From the NCBI GenBank assembly GCA_040219255.1, contig JAVJSW010000031.1, forward strand, positions 20,896 to 84,895: DNA of 64,000 nt. Direction: 5' to 3'. The notes under the pieces were generated by a model. It worked only from the letters and a program-made list of their open reading frames with translations, was not told where the DNA came from and ran no database searches. Each line of letters begins with the position of its first letter. Positions within the stretch are counted from its first letter, which is position 1. The DNA comes from Sumerlaeia bacterium. GTDB lineage: Bacteria; Sumerlaeota; Sumerlaeia; SLMS01; JAHLLQ01. Of this stretch, positions 54,708 through 64,000 are shown piece after piece. The position numbers and the translations under genes were made by a program.

Positions 54708-56111
54708 ATGTCCTCAGAGACCCCCTCTCAGAAGCTTCCCGGTTATGTGATCTTTATTTCCAGCGTGGCGGCCATCGGCGGCTTCCTGTTCGGTTTCGAC
54801 AGCGGCGTCATCAACGGCACCGTCGAGGCGTTGCAGGAAACGTTCAACGCCAGCGACTTCGGCACCGGCTTCAACGTATCGTCGATGCTGCTCGGGTGCG
54901 CGCTGGGCGCTTTTATCGCCGGCGGCATGGCCGATAAATTCGGAAGAAAGCCGGTGATGATCGCCACCGCGATCGGTTTCCTGATCAGCGCCATTGGCTC
55001 CGGTCTCGCGAACACGACGACGGTGTTCGTGATTTTTCGCTTTATCGGCGGCGTTTCCGTCGGTGCGGCGAGCGTCATCGCCCCCGCCTACATCGCGGAA
55101 GTTTCGCCGGCGGTTTTCCGCGGCCGGCTGGCTTCTCTGCAGCAACTCGCCATCGTGATCGGTTTGTTCATCGCCTTCATCAGCAACTACCTGATCGCGA
55201 AAGCCGCCGGCAGTGCGAAGAACGACTTTTGGTTTGGTATCGACGCCTGGCGCTGGATGTTCTGGATCGAGTGCATTCCGGCGATTCTCTTTGGCATCGG
55301 GGCCGCGATCGCGCCCGAGTCGCCGCGCTATCTCGTTGCCAAGAACAAGGACGAGCAGGCGGCGGCGGTGCTCAAACGCGTTCATATTTTGACCACCGTG
55401 GAGCAGAAGATCAAAGAAATCCACGATTCGCTTCGTTCGCAGGAGCCGCCGAAATTCCGCGACGTTCTCGAGCCCGGCACGAGCCGCATCCGAACCATCG
55501 TCTGGATCGGCATCGGCTTGTCCGTGTTCCAGCAATTCGTCGGCATCAACGTCATCTTCTACTATGGCGCGGTGCTCTGGAAAGCGGCGGGTTTCACCGA
55601 GGATCAGGCACTCCTGATGAACGTCATCAGCGGCTTTGTGAATGTCTCGGCGACCTTTGTGGCGATCGCGACGATCGATAAGATCGGGCGCAAACCGCTG
55701 CTCTTGGTCGGTTCCATCGGCATGGCCCTGATGCTCGGCGCGGTCGCCGTGGTGTTCGCCAGCGCCGGTCTGAACGAGGAAGGCACGCTGGCTCTGAGCA
55801 AAACGCAAGGACTCATCGCCCTGATCTGCGTGCACCTCTACATTTTCGCCTTCGCGATTTCGTGGGGGCCGGTCGTTTGGGTCATGCTCGGCGAGATGTT
55901 CAACAACCGCTACCGAGGCGCGGCGCTCGGCATCGCGGCGTCGGCCCAGTGGTTCGCCAACTTCGCGATCACGATCACCTTCCCGGTTATGCTGGGCACC
56001 ATCGGCTTGGCGGGGGCCTACGGAACCTACACGTTCTTCGCGCTTCTGTCGGTGGCGTTCGTGTGGTTCCTGATCAAGGAAACGAAGGGGCGCGAGTTGG
56101 AGGAGATGTAA
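54708..56111 (+). CDS. Sugar porter family MFS transporter (GlcP/XylE-like)
   Basis: GGFLFGFDSGVING, DKFGRK, PESPRYL, QQFVGINVIFYY and ETKGRELEEM motifs. Confidence 0.95.
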   Translation: MSSETPSQKLPGYVIFISSVAAIGGFLFGFDSGVINGTVEALQETFNASDFGTGFNVSSMLLGCALGAFIAGGMADKFGRKPVMIATAIGFLISAIGSGLANTTTVFVIFRFIGGVSVGAASVIAPAYIAEVSPAVFRGRLASLQQLAIVIGLFIAFISNYLIAKAAGSAKNDFWFGIDAWRWMFWIECIPAILFGIGAAIAPESPRYLVAKNKDEQAAAVLKRVHILTTVEQKIKEIHDSLRSQEPPKFRDVLEPGTSRIRTIVWIGIGLSVFQQFVGINVIFYYGAVLWKAAGFTEDQALLMNVISGFVNVSATFVAIATIDKIGRKPLLLVGSIGMALMLGAVAVVFASAGLNEEGTLALSKTQGLIALICVHLYIFAFAISWGPVVWVMLGEMFNNRYRGAALGIAASAQWFANFAITITFPVMLGTIGLAGAYGTYTFFALLSVAFVWFLIKETKGRELEEM

Positions 56112-56362
56112 CTGTAACCTCCCGGTCTCTGGACAGGGTCGCACCCATGACATCGGAAAGGGGCTCGTCTGGCATTGCAACCGGAGGAGCCCCTTCCGCT
56201 TTTCAGAGGTGTTCTCGAAACCTTTATCCGGAAATGAGTATCCCGGCGCGCCCCGCCGATGACCGGCTCCCGTTCGCAACCCGAGCCTCCTCAGGCATCG
56301 GGAAACCGCGGCTGATCATGGCCGGGACGACCATGTTAGCTTGAGTTCCAAGAAGCGCTTTC

Positions 56363-57907
56363 TCAGAAGCTCACGACCGCGTAGGCCCGTGTTTGATCGT
56401 TGAAGGAAATCGCCAATTGGCCCGCGATGGGCGTTTCAATGACGATGTTCGCGCCAAACCAGGAGCCGATGCCGAGGGTTGGGCTGGTGGTGCGGCTGGG
56501 GCTGTCATCGCCCCAGTTGTCATTCCAGGTTCCATTGGCGGTGAACTTGAACGCGACACCGTCCGGGGCCGAGACGTTCAGCACGGCCAGCCATTCATGA
56601 TCCCCGACGAGAGTCATGTTTTGAGCGGAGGGATTCCAGCCATTGAACGTGCCCGCCACGGAGACCGAATTGTAGTTGGCGGCGGCGTCTGGCTTTGCGC
56701 GGAGCGTCACCCGCAGGGCGGCGTCCTGGAGAATGAAGCGGCCGAGAACGTCATTCTTGGCGAAGCCGAGGCTGTGCCATTCCGAGCCCAGGTTGGCCTG
56801 GATCGCGGCGCGGCCAGCTTCACCCAGGCTGAGGGTGTGGGCGCCACCGTCGAAAATCGGGAAGGTGGTGAAGGCCGTTTCGGCGATCACGGGGCCGGTC
56901 GAGACGGCGTAGTAGTTCAGCGACGGCGGGAGAGCCGGGTGGTAACCGGGGGCGTTGACGATGCGCGACGGGTTCGGCGTAGGGACCACCATGCCGAGGG
57001 CCTCGGCGCCGGCGTACTGCAATTCCACGGCGACGATTTCGACATCGGAAGGCAGGATCGCCGTCGGGAAAACCGCCATGGCGTTCTCGAAGTTGTAGAT
57101 GTCGGTCCGGCCCCAGCGCATCTCGCCCGGCTCGTAGGTCACGCTGGACTGGCCAAGGGCGCTCCAGGCGCGGAGAGTGCCCGTTTCTCCCGGCGAAAGA
57201 ATCACCGTATGGAGGCCATTGGCGGCGCTTGCGGTTTCGAAGTGCCAGTCCGCCTGTTCATTGTTGTCCCAGGCCGAGCCGGAGAAAAAGGCCATGTCGA
57301 CCGAAGCCGCGTCCGCTGGAAGCTGCACCGTCGCGGTCCAGATGTTGGGCTGCGCCTGGGTCATCGGGGCGTCGGCGATAATGCCGGACCAGCCGTTGAC
57401 ACTCCAGTGCATCGTGACGTCCGCCAAGCCATCGAGCGGCCGCAGGGACGCATCGTAGGTCACGGTCAGCGCGTCACCTGGTTCCGGCAGAGCGGGAGAA
57501 AGGCTGACCACGCCGCCAGTCGAATGCACCGGAAGCACGTCGACGTGCCAATCCACCCCGCCGTTGTTAACCCAGGCGCCTTCGCCATCGTGGAAGGCGA
57601 AATCCAGGGAGGTCGCGCCCACCGGCAAGACAATCAGGTACTGCCAGAAGCCAGACTGGAATTCCATCGGGACATCCGTGGCCGTCGCCCAGCCATCGAG
57701 AGTGTAGAACAGGTTGACTTGAGGATAATCGGGATAGCCGAAGACCGAGTCGCGGGTGTCGTACTCGATCAGGACGCTTTCACCTCCCGTGGGTACGTTG
57801 GGGGTGAAGCGGGCGCCTTGGGCCGCTAGAGAGCCGGGCAGAAATGCCAAGGCTGCCAGCGCGAAGAGCGCCGCACGAAGCGCGAATAAGATAGAGTTAC
57901 GATCCAT
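56363..57907 (-). CDS. Secreted multi-CBM starch/alpha-glucan-binding protein (2x CBM25/CBM53-like plus C-terminal X25/SusE-like); no obvious catalytic domain
   Basis: Signal peptide; LDFAFHDG..WVNNGGVDW and MAFF..WDNNEQADW; C-terminal VAGTFNGW..FKFTANGTWNDNWG. Confidence 0.75.
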   Translation of the reverse strand: MDRNSILFALRAALFALAALAFLPGSLAAQGARFTPNVPTGGESVLIEYDTRDSVFGYPDYPQVNLFYTLDGWATATDVPMEFQSGFWQYLIVLPVGATSLDFAFHDGEGAWVNNGGVDWHVDVLPVHSTGGVVSLSPALPEPGDALTVTYDASLRPLDGLADVTMHWSVNGWSGIIADAPMTQAQPNIWTATVQLPADAASVDMAFFSGSAWDNNEQADWHFETASAANGLHTVILSPGETGTLRAWSALGQSSVTYEPGEMRWGRTDIYNFENAMAVFPTAILPSDVEIVAVELQYAGAEALGMVVPTPNPSRIVNAPGYHPALPPSLNYYAVSTGPVIAETAFTTFPIFDGGAHTLSLGEAGRAAIQANLGSEWHSLGFAKNDVLGRFILQDAALRVTLRAKPDAAANYNSVSVAGTFNGWNPSAQNMTLVGDHEWLAVLNVSAPDGVAFKFTANGTWNDNWGDDSPSRTTSPTLGIGSWFGANIVIETPIAGQLAISFNDQTRAYAVVSF

Positions 57908-58091
57908 GGTAAGTCCTTATGGGCGGCGCCGCGGAGCAAGAAGGGAAGGAAACTCCGGAGCGATGGCCGTGGATGATGGCAGGAACGATGGACCGCGCAT
58001 GAGGCTTACAGCAAGGCTTAGTAGCCACAGAAAGGATCTGCAATCACTAAGCCTTTTATGTCTTTTCTTTCGAGCTATGGAAAGCGATGGA

Positions 58092-58565
58092 TTATTCGCT
58101 CTGACTGGCCCGGCGGCGGTGGAGACGCTGGCCTTGTGGTGCCGGTCCTTCGCCCGCCTCGTGCTCATCCGCACGTTCGGACGATTCTCCATGACTTGAT
58201 TCGCGCGCGTCCGCGCGTCTCTCGACCGGCAGAAAGAACGCGGCGGCGATGACTCCGCAGGCGACGGCAAGCCCGCCCACGGCCCCGGCGAGGCGAAGAC
58301 GCCGGCGGCGGCCTTCGCTCTTGCCGAGGGTCAGGGCCTTGATCCAGGCGCTGTGGAGCAGCAGGTGGATGGCGACTCCGGTGAAGAGCGCGACTGCCAG
58401 CCACCAGTGAAGATCCCCCCATTGGTGGCGGGACATGCCGAAGACCGTGGCGGCGCGGCTGCCCGGGGGCAGGGTATAATGCAGCAGCACCCCCGTCGCG
58501 GCGAGGGCTGCGAAGGTCGTGATGAGGAGCCAATCGAGGGTGTAGTTCAGAGTGGGTCGCTTCAT
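58092..58565 (-). CDS. DUF4405 family (cytochrome b-like) membrane protein
   Basis: GMSRHQWGDLHWW..AIHLLLH.AWI; 3 TM segments. Confidence 0.8.
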   Translation of the reverse strand: MKRPTLNYTLDWLLITTFAALAATGVLLHYTLPPGSRAATVFGMSRHQWGDLHWWLAVALFTGVAIHLLLHSAWIKALTLGKSEGRRRRLRLAGAVGGLAVACGVIAAAFFLPVERRADARESSHGESSERADEHEAGEGPAPQGQRLHRRRASQSE

Positions 58566-58646
58566 AGTTATGCTCCTTATAGTGTCGTATTTGTCCTAAT
58601 ACCGGACGTGCGAAGGTCCTGGCCGCCGGAGCCAGGGGTGCGGGGG

Positions 58647-58985
58647 TCAGTCCGAGATTTTCTTCTTCAGGTGGGGGAGGGTCGAGGCGTCGCCCCGGTT
58701 CATATATCGGGCTTCGCTGCCGGTCCGGGTGACGTTCTCGTAAACGCCCTCGTCGCGTTTCACCAGCTTGGTGAAGCCAATATTCTTGAGGTGCGAGTCG
58801 CCCTTTGGTGTGTTGACGCCGACGGGGTAGAGGAGGCGTTCCAGGGGTGATTGGGCGGCGGTGTCTCCCGGTTCGATTCCGGTGTAGTCGCAGAGTTCCC
58901 CCCATGTCCTGAGCTTCTCGGAAATCGGGTGCTCGACCTCGACGGAGGTGTGGTTCGCTTCGCAGTAGTACTCGTAGACCGGCAT
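58647..58985 (-). CDS. FmdB-family zinc-ribbon-like protein
   Basis: MPVYEYYCEAN..VEVEH..TWGELC and GFTKLVKRD motifs; real start at 58985. Confidence 0.75.
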   Translation of the reverse strand: MPVYEYYCEANHTSVEVEHPISEKLRTWGELCDYTGIEPGDTAAQSPLERLLYPVGVNTPKGDSHLKNIGFTKLVKRDEGVYENVTRTGSEARYMNRGDASTLPHLKKKISD

Positions 58986-59205
58986 GATGACGTCTCTTGG
59001 GTCCTCGTCACGGGGTTGGAATGGGCGATGCCGCCCAGTGGCGGATGCAAGGAAATTGCCTGATTCGCTCCGGCGGCCACCCCACGAACATATTCTCGCA
59101 AGGGAGGCCGATTCCGGCAATTGGAACTTGACGGTGTGAGCGGTGAAATGGCGCTTTGGCCCTAATCTTCGATCGCTCATTCCCCGCGAAAGGTCCTCCC
59201 GTTCC

Positions 59206-59946
59206 ATGTCCGCTGCCGAGCCCCTCGCGCCTCTCGCCGACTCATTGCCCGCCGAAATCGTTTCCATTCGACCCAACCCGCAACGGGTCCTCGATATCGA
59301 GGTCAACGGCCGCGAATATCGGCGTATTCCGGTGAAGACCCCCATCCTCACCAGTGACGACGACATTGCGGAGGCTTCGCGAACCTACGCGGGGCCGCTG
59401 GCGATGGCGGGCGACATTCTTTTCATCAGCGAAAAGGCCGTCGCCGTGACGCAAGGCCGCGCCATTCCGGAGGATCAGCTCAAGATCGGCCTGACCGCCC
59501 GCATCCTGTGGCGCTGCGTGGCCAAGGTTCCCTACGGCATCGGGCTTCGCCGGCCCTCGTCGATGCAGTGCGCGGTGAACGAATGCGGAGCCGCCCGGAT
59601 CTGGCTCGCGGCGATGGTGGGGGCGTTGGGCAAGTTGGTGGGCAGGAAGGGCGACTTCTATCGCATTGCCGGTCCGCAGGCCGCCACCATCGACGCCGCC
59701 ACGACCTCTCCGCTGCAGCCCGATTGCGTGATTATGGGCCCGAAGGACCCGGAGGCCGCCGCCCAGCGCGTCTTCGAACGCACCGGCCTTCCGACGGCCA
59801 TCGTCGATGTCAACGACATCGGCGGCTCGTGGGTGCTCGGCGCCAGCGAAGGCGTGCCGCGCAAGCTGGTAGAGGCCGCCCTGAAGGACAATCCCCTGGG
59901 CCAAGGCTCCGAATGCACGCCGATGGGTCTTCTCCGGCGGGTCTGA
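59206..59946 (+). CDS. CofE-like (F420-0:gamma-glutamyl ligase family) protein
   Basis: GDILFISEKAVAVTQGR, IVDVNDIGG and DNPLGQG..TP motifs. Confidence 0.8.
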   Translation: MSAAEPLAPLADSLPAEIVSIRPNPQRVLDIEVNGREYRRIPVKTPILTSDDDIAEASRTYAGPLAMAGDILFISEKAVAVTQGRAIPEDQLKIGLTARILWRCVAKVPYGIGLRRPSSMQCAVNECGAARIWLAAMVGALGKLVGRKGDFYRIAGPQAATIDAATTSPLQPDCVIMGPKDPEAAAQRVFERTGLPTAIVDVNDIGGSWVLGASEGVPRKLVEAALKDNPLGQGSECTPMGLLRRV

Positions 59947-60002
59947 GCCGCCTCGACATCGCCCTTCTGGGCTTCGAGTTTCATTTCCTGCGGGAAAACG
60001 CG

Positions 60003-60725
60003 ATGCTGATGCGATTGCCGGGGCGCCGCTTGCCATTTTGGGCGGGGGCGCTGTTCGGGATCGGTGTGGCCCTGGCCGAATGGCATTGGCTTGGGCTTGC
60101 CCTGCGCATGCTGGCGGGAGAGGTGCTCGTCCTGGCCGCCATTCTGTGGCGCGTGCATCGCGGTTTCCGGAACGATTTCACGCCCCCCAATGGCGAGGAA
60201 CTGGAACTGACGCAGCTGAGCGACGGCGAGTTGGCTTATGGCATGCTGACGCGAACTCTGATGCCGGTGGTGTGGCTCTTGACGGGTTTAGCGGTCGCGG
60301 AAACAGCGGCTTTGCTGTATCTGGGATTCGGGGAGCGGCAGAAGCTTGGGGAATTGCTGGTCGTGCTGGTGTTTCCCGCGCTGTTCCTGGTCTTGCATTG
60401 CGCCACAATTCCCGCCCTCGCTCCGCGGTTGGCGTTCAGCGAAGTCGCCGCCCGGTCGGCCCGCCACTACGTTGGCCTGCAAGCCCGGGCATTGTCCGAG
60501 AGCTTCGTACAGCTCGCAGTCCTGTACCTGTTGTCACTGTTCGGGATACTGCTGGCGGCGGCGTTTCTGCTGCTGCTCAAGATCGAGTTCAGCCACGGCA
60601 TTCTGTTATTTTCCATCGTCGCTCTGATCTTGTTCAAGCGGGGGCCGAGCACGAACGAGGACTTCAAGCTGCCGATCGCGTCAAGTTGGCGCGAGTGGCT
60701 GGCCGAACGGCGCGGCGCCGCGTAA
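60003..60725 (+). CDS. Hypothetical polytopic membrane protein
   Basis: Hydrophobic C-terminal 240 aa of ORF 59508..60725, starting at MLMRLPGRR; about 6 TM segments. Confidence 0.6.
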   Translation: MLMRLPGRRLPFWAGALFGIGVALAEWHWLGLALRMLAGEVLVLAAILWRVHRGFRNDFTPPNGEELELTQLSDGELAYGMLTRTLMPVVWLLTGLAVAETAALLYLGFGERQKLGELLVVLVFPALFLVLHCATIPALAPRLAFSEVAARSARHYVGLQARALSESFVQLAVLYLLSLFGILLAAAFLLLLKIEFSHGILLFSIVALILFKRGPSTNEDFKLPIASSWREWLAERRGAA

Positions 60726-60732
60726 GTCGCGA

Positions 60733-62106
60733 CTAGCGCTGGGGGGGCAGGTTGCCCCGCAGGGCGTAAGTCGCCACCGCCATCACGACATCCGCGTGGA
60801 GGTGTTCGCCCTCGGGCTTCTCCCCAAAGCGGGCGGGTGCGGGCTGGGTCAAGTCATCGAAGCCGCGCCACACACCGAAGCCATCGCTGTAGGCGACGGC
60901 CTCGCGCCAAGGCTTCCCGAAGTGCGCATTGCTGTCCAGATCGAGCACAGCAAAGGGCTTGTTCAACGTAATCAGCTCGGCCTTGGGGCGCAGGTCGACG
61001 ATCCCAGGCCACCAGGACCCGGGCAATCCAAAGAGCATCAGGTCCTCATCCGCCGCTCCGCTGGCGATCGCTTCGATCAGGTCGGCCCGGTTTTTCAGAA
61101 CTTCCGAGCGCTCATCCGTCGGCACCACCGCGCCATCCAATTCGTCGTAGACCCGGTTGCGCATACTCTCCACATCGAGCAATGGCGGGGGAGTGATCAG
61201 GACGGTACGTTCCACGTGTGGGTCCCGCGCCAGGGCCGGTGTCAGGTAGGCTCCGAAGGCGATTCCGGCCAAGGTCACCCGCTGGCGATCGATCGCCGGC
61301 TGAGCCGCCAGCCAGACCAATGCGGCCGTCGCGTCGGCGAGGTGCGCTTCCTCCAGGGTCAGACCCGTTTCCCCGCCCGTTCCGGCGAGAGCGTGGGCGC
61401 GCTTCTCGAAGCGCAGCGCGGCGACGCCTTTCGCGGCGAGACCCTCCGCCAAGTCACGAGCCATCTTCACGTCGCCGTCGTTCATGTCGGCGTCGTAGGC
61501 CTTCGCGCCCGCGACGATGACGACGGCGGGCACCGGCGTGGCCTCCGACGCTGTCAGGGGCAGGGTCAGCACGGCGTGCAGCAGCGGTCCGCCGGGGGCG
61601 GAGAACTGTAGCTCCTGGGTCTTGGTCAGACCGGCAACCGCGTAGGGCGGTGAGCCGGGGCCTGTTCGTTTTGGATCGGAGGCGGTGGTGACTTCGAAGT
61701 CGCGAACGAGAGCTTCGAATTCAAGGCCAGTGAAGGTGACGTGGGCATCGTAGCGGCGAGCGATATATTCCAGCGGCACGCGAACGGCCACGGTACCGTC
61801 TGGGTGGAGGCGGGCCTCGCCATCGCCGATGAGCACGTTGCCGCCGCCGCCTTCGCGATAGAGATTGGTGAAAATGGAGGAGACAGCGTCGGGCGACAAA
61901 GTTGTGCGCAAGGGGGCCGTCATCTCGGGCCGGATATAATTCAGCCGGCCCATCGCGAGATTGTCAAGAAAGGCTTCGGCCCGGGTTTCCAGGCGGCTGA
62001 GGATGATCTGGTCGTCGGCGCGCTGCGCCACAGCGGGCATGCTCGCAAGCACCAACAAGACCGGGAGGAGGAGGCGGAGGAAAAGACTTTTCAATGCGTC
62101 AACCAT
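60733..62106 (-). CDS. Secreted DUF3887-like plus alpha/beta-hydrolase-fold protein lacking the catalytic Ser
   Basis: Signal peptide MVDALKSLFLRLLLP..AVA|Q; PAVVIVAG, RDLAEGLAAKGVAALRFEKR; nucleophile elbow reads GIAFG. Confidence 0.75.
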   Translation of the reverse strand: MVDALKSLFLRLLLPVLLVLASMPAVAQRADDQIILSRLETRAEAFLDNLAMGRLNYIRPEMTAPLRTTLSPDAVSSIFTNLYREGGGGNVLIGDGEARLHPDGTVAVRVPLEYIARRYDAHVTFTGLEFEALVRDFEVTTASDPKRTGPGSPPYAVAGLTKTQELQFSAPGGPLLHAVLTLPLTASEATPVPAVVIVAGAKAYDADMNDGDVKMARDLAEGLAAKGVAALRFEKRAHALAGTGGETGLTLEEAHLADATAALVWLAAQPAIDRQRVTLAGIAFGAYLTPALARDPHVERTVLITPPPLLDVESMRNRVYDELDGAVVPTDERSEVLKNRADLIEAIASGAADEDLMLFGLPGSWWPGIVDLRPKAELITLNKPFAVLDLDSNAHFGKPWREAVAYSDGFGVWRGFDDLTQPAPARFGEKPEGEHLHADVVMAVATYALRGNLPPQR

Positions 62107-63626
62107 GCGGTGGCCTGATCGTCGTCGGGATCGGGCTGGTTGCCCGCCAGGATGGGGAAAAGGAACTCGAGGACGAGAGGAAAGCGGCTCGCCCATGAGG
62201 GTTCGTTGTGCCCGCCGCCGTGGTGGACATGGTGCCATAAATCGGAGCCGAGGATATAGCCGTTCTGGAGCAAGGCATCGCGGGCCGTATAGGTGTCGCT
62301 CAGGCCGTCCTGGGTGCTGCCTTCGGTGCCACTGTCGATCCACAGGCGGATGTCGCGGGGCGATTCGGTGCGGAATTTTTCGATCGTCTCCATTGGGCCG
62401 CCGTCGCCTTCCTGGGTGATCCAGTAAGAGGTCGAGAGGGCGGCGTGGTGGCGGGCGAAGTCGGGGTGCTCCCAAGCGATGTACGCCGTGAACAGCCCCC
62501 CGAGGGACGACCCGGCGGTGGCGCGATTGTCGCGGCCCGGGAGAGTGCGGTAGGTCGCCTCGACATGAGACGTTACCTCATCGCGATAGAAGGCGAAGGT
62601 TTCGTCGGCCCGGCCGGCGGGAATGTTAACCGTCGGGCGGACAAAGGACACGTAGGGCGGCAGGTATTCCTCAATGCGGTCGCCTTGACCGTTGGCAACC
62701 CCCACGATAATCAATTCCTGGATCAGGCCCCCGGCGATGAGCCGGTCCGCCGCCTCGTCCGCGCGCCAGGAACCGGCGAAGCTGTCCTGGACGAAGGCCT
62801 GAAAAACATTCTGACCGTCGTGCATGAAGAGCACCGGATAGCGGCGCTCCGTGTGCTCCGCGTAGCCTCTCGGTAAATAGATGTAGAGGGGCCGGGAAGC
62901 AAGCGCCTCGCCGAAGTTGGGGATCTTGAGCACCCGGGAGGGAGACACCGACGGCGCGGGTTTGTAGTCGTAAATCTGACCGTCCTGGAGCCAGAGGGTA
63001 CTCAGAACCGTCTCGTAACTCGGCTCGCCCTGTGGCGTATCCGCGTCGCCACCGCCCAGGTCGATGCGAAAGCGCCAACGGCCACGATTACCCGTCACCG
63101 GCGGTAAATCGGACAAAGAGGCGGTGAACAGTTGCTCACCCGCCTCGCGGCCCGGACCCTCGGGTACCATCGGCAGACGCTGCTGCGCGCCGTCTTCATC
63201 GAGGATCACCAGGACCGGTGAGGTGGCCCCGCTGAAGTAGCGAAGCGTCCCCGAGCGAGGCGGCGCGGGTGTTCCCGGCACGATCAGACTCGTCGCCGAG
63301 CCCTCGATCGGAATCGCGTTCGCCGGTTCGCTGAAGACCGGCCCCGAATCGGTGCGCAGAATGTAGCGATAGTTGACCGTCTCTCCCGGCGGCAGCGCTA
63401 TGGTGGCCCGCCACGTCGGGTATGCGTGGGGCGACAGCTTGATGGCCCGCAATGGATCCTCTACCCCCAACGCCAATGTGTCTCCTGTCAGGAAAACGCT
63501 CTGGCCGAAACTCGTTTCCTGCTGGATCGAAAAGGACGTTGGCTTGTCGAGCGGCGAAAAGCCGCTCAGGGGGTGGGCCGCCAGAAGCAGGCAGGTGACG
63601 AGGGCAAAAAGTGACAAGGAACGCAT
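62091..63626 (-). CDS. Secreted CBM20 plus putative esterase (alpha/beta hydrolase, PF00756-like)
   Basis: TSFGQSVFLTGD..LG..AIKL..YPTW (CBM20); RYPVLFMHDGQNVF, GSSLGG, DSG and HNEPSW (complete triad). Confidence 0.85.
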   Translation of the reverse strand: MRSLSLFALVTCLLLAAHPLSGFSPLDKPTSFSIQQETSFGQSVFLTGDTLALGVEDPLRAIKLSPHAYPTWRATIALPPGETVNYRYILRTDSGPVFSEPANAIPIEGSATSLIVPGTPAPPRSGTLRYFSGATSPVLVILDEDGAQQRLPMVPEGPGREAGEQLFTASLSDLPPVTGNRGRWRFRIDLGGGDADTPQGEPSYETVLSTLWLQDGQIYDYKPAPSVSPSRVLKIPNFGEALASRPLYIYLPRGYAEHTERRYPVLFMHDGQNVFQAFVQDSFAGSWRADEAADRLIAGGLIQELIIVGVANGQGDRIEEYLPPYVSFVRPTVNIPAGRADETFAFYRDEVTSHVEATYRTLPGRDNRATAGSSLGGLFTAYIAWEHPDFARHHAALSTSYWITQEGDGGPMETIEKFRTESPRDIRLWIDSGTEGSTQDGLSDTYTARDALLQNGYILGSDLWHHVHHGGGHNEPSWASRFPLVLEFLFPILAGNQPDPDDDQATAWLTH

Positions 63627-63753
63627 CGTGCCGTGGGCATACTCCGCGAGGCGGCGCCTTGGGCCAAAGCCGAAGAGGACCGCTACAAGTTGAAGGAGAC
63701 GCTGCCTCCTGCGACCCCGCTGACGCAAGTCTCTCGTCCGTCGTTTTTCACCC

Positions 63754-63781
63754 TTGACAGCCCATCGCTTTCCAATACTGT
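63754..63781 (+). promoter_or_regulatory. Sigma70 promoter of tRNA-Ser
   Basis: TTGACA-N16-TACTGT, 15 bp upstream of the tRNA. Confidence 0.7.
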
Positions 63782-63796
63782 CTTCACCCCTGCCAC

Positions 63797-63888
63797 GGAG
63801 AGGTGGCCGAGTGGTTTAAGGCGCACGCCTGGAACGCGTGTTTGTGGGGTAACTTGCAACGAGGGTTCGAATCCCTCCCTCTCCGCCA
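63797..63888 (+). tRNA. tRNA-Ser(GGA)
   Basis: GGAGAGG acceptor stem, D-loop GAGTGGTTTAAGGC, anticodon arm CACGC-CTGGAAC-GCGTG, long variable arm, GTTCGAATC, encoded CCA. Confidence 0.97.
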
Positions 63889-63940
63889 GTTTTTCTTGTC
63901 CCTTGTTACAACGGAGTTTCCCGCCACCCGAGCCGGGTCG

Positions 63941-63964
63941 TGTGCCAGAATTTGTGCCGGAATT
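63941..63964. repeat. 12-bp tandem direct repeat (putative integrase arm-type sites)
   Basis: TGTGCCAGAATT TGTGCCGGAATT, about 50 bp downstream of the tRNA 3' end. Confidence 0.55.
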
Positions 63965-64000
63965 CGGCTGCGCCTTCTGGATGAGCAGTTCGGCGATCGC

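Noticed and set aside
56182-56204. Possible terminator after the sugar porter
   Set aside because: Stem is short and imperfect; not confident enough to list.

Overview
GC-rich bacterial chromosomal window, probably Candidatus Sumerlaeota/BRC1 or a PVC-adjacent lineage (inferred only from the style of the prepilin-like protein at 22839 and the dockerin/PT-linker secreted proteins). About 45 CDSs and one tRNA-Ser(GGA); no rRNA or CRISPR array. Both edges touch tRNA-targeted integrative elements. At the left edge are a tRNA-Leu-like 3' att fragment, a tyrosine-integrase tail and an excisionase-like gene. At the right edge tRNA-Ser is followed by arm-type repeats and a converging frame. The middle holds housekeeping and envelope genes (menG, kdsC, mreCD, RapA-like, tilS, NtrC-like, gdhA, tusA-moeB, deaD, metB-like), a WbpB/E/D-like sugar pathway wrapped around pilin genes, and an alpha-glucan/sugar locus with a readable activator operator. 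The best candidate for an undescribed system is a 12-kb co-oriented secreted cluster at 34797-46897. It encodes a giant protein with 8 Cys-bracketed ~155-aa modules and PT linkers, a dockerin-bearing protein ending in five 19-aa repeats, and a Gly-rich protein, with an orphan secretin nearby. Two secreted pseudo-enzymes and two switch-like RNA leaders are also notable. All calls come from motif recognition by eye; no searches were run.
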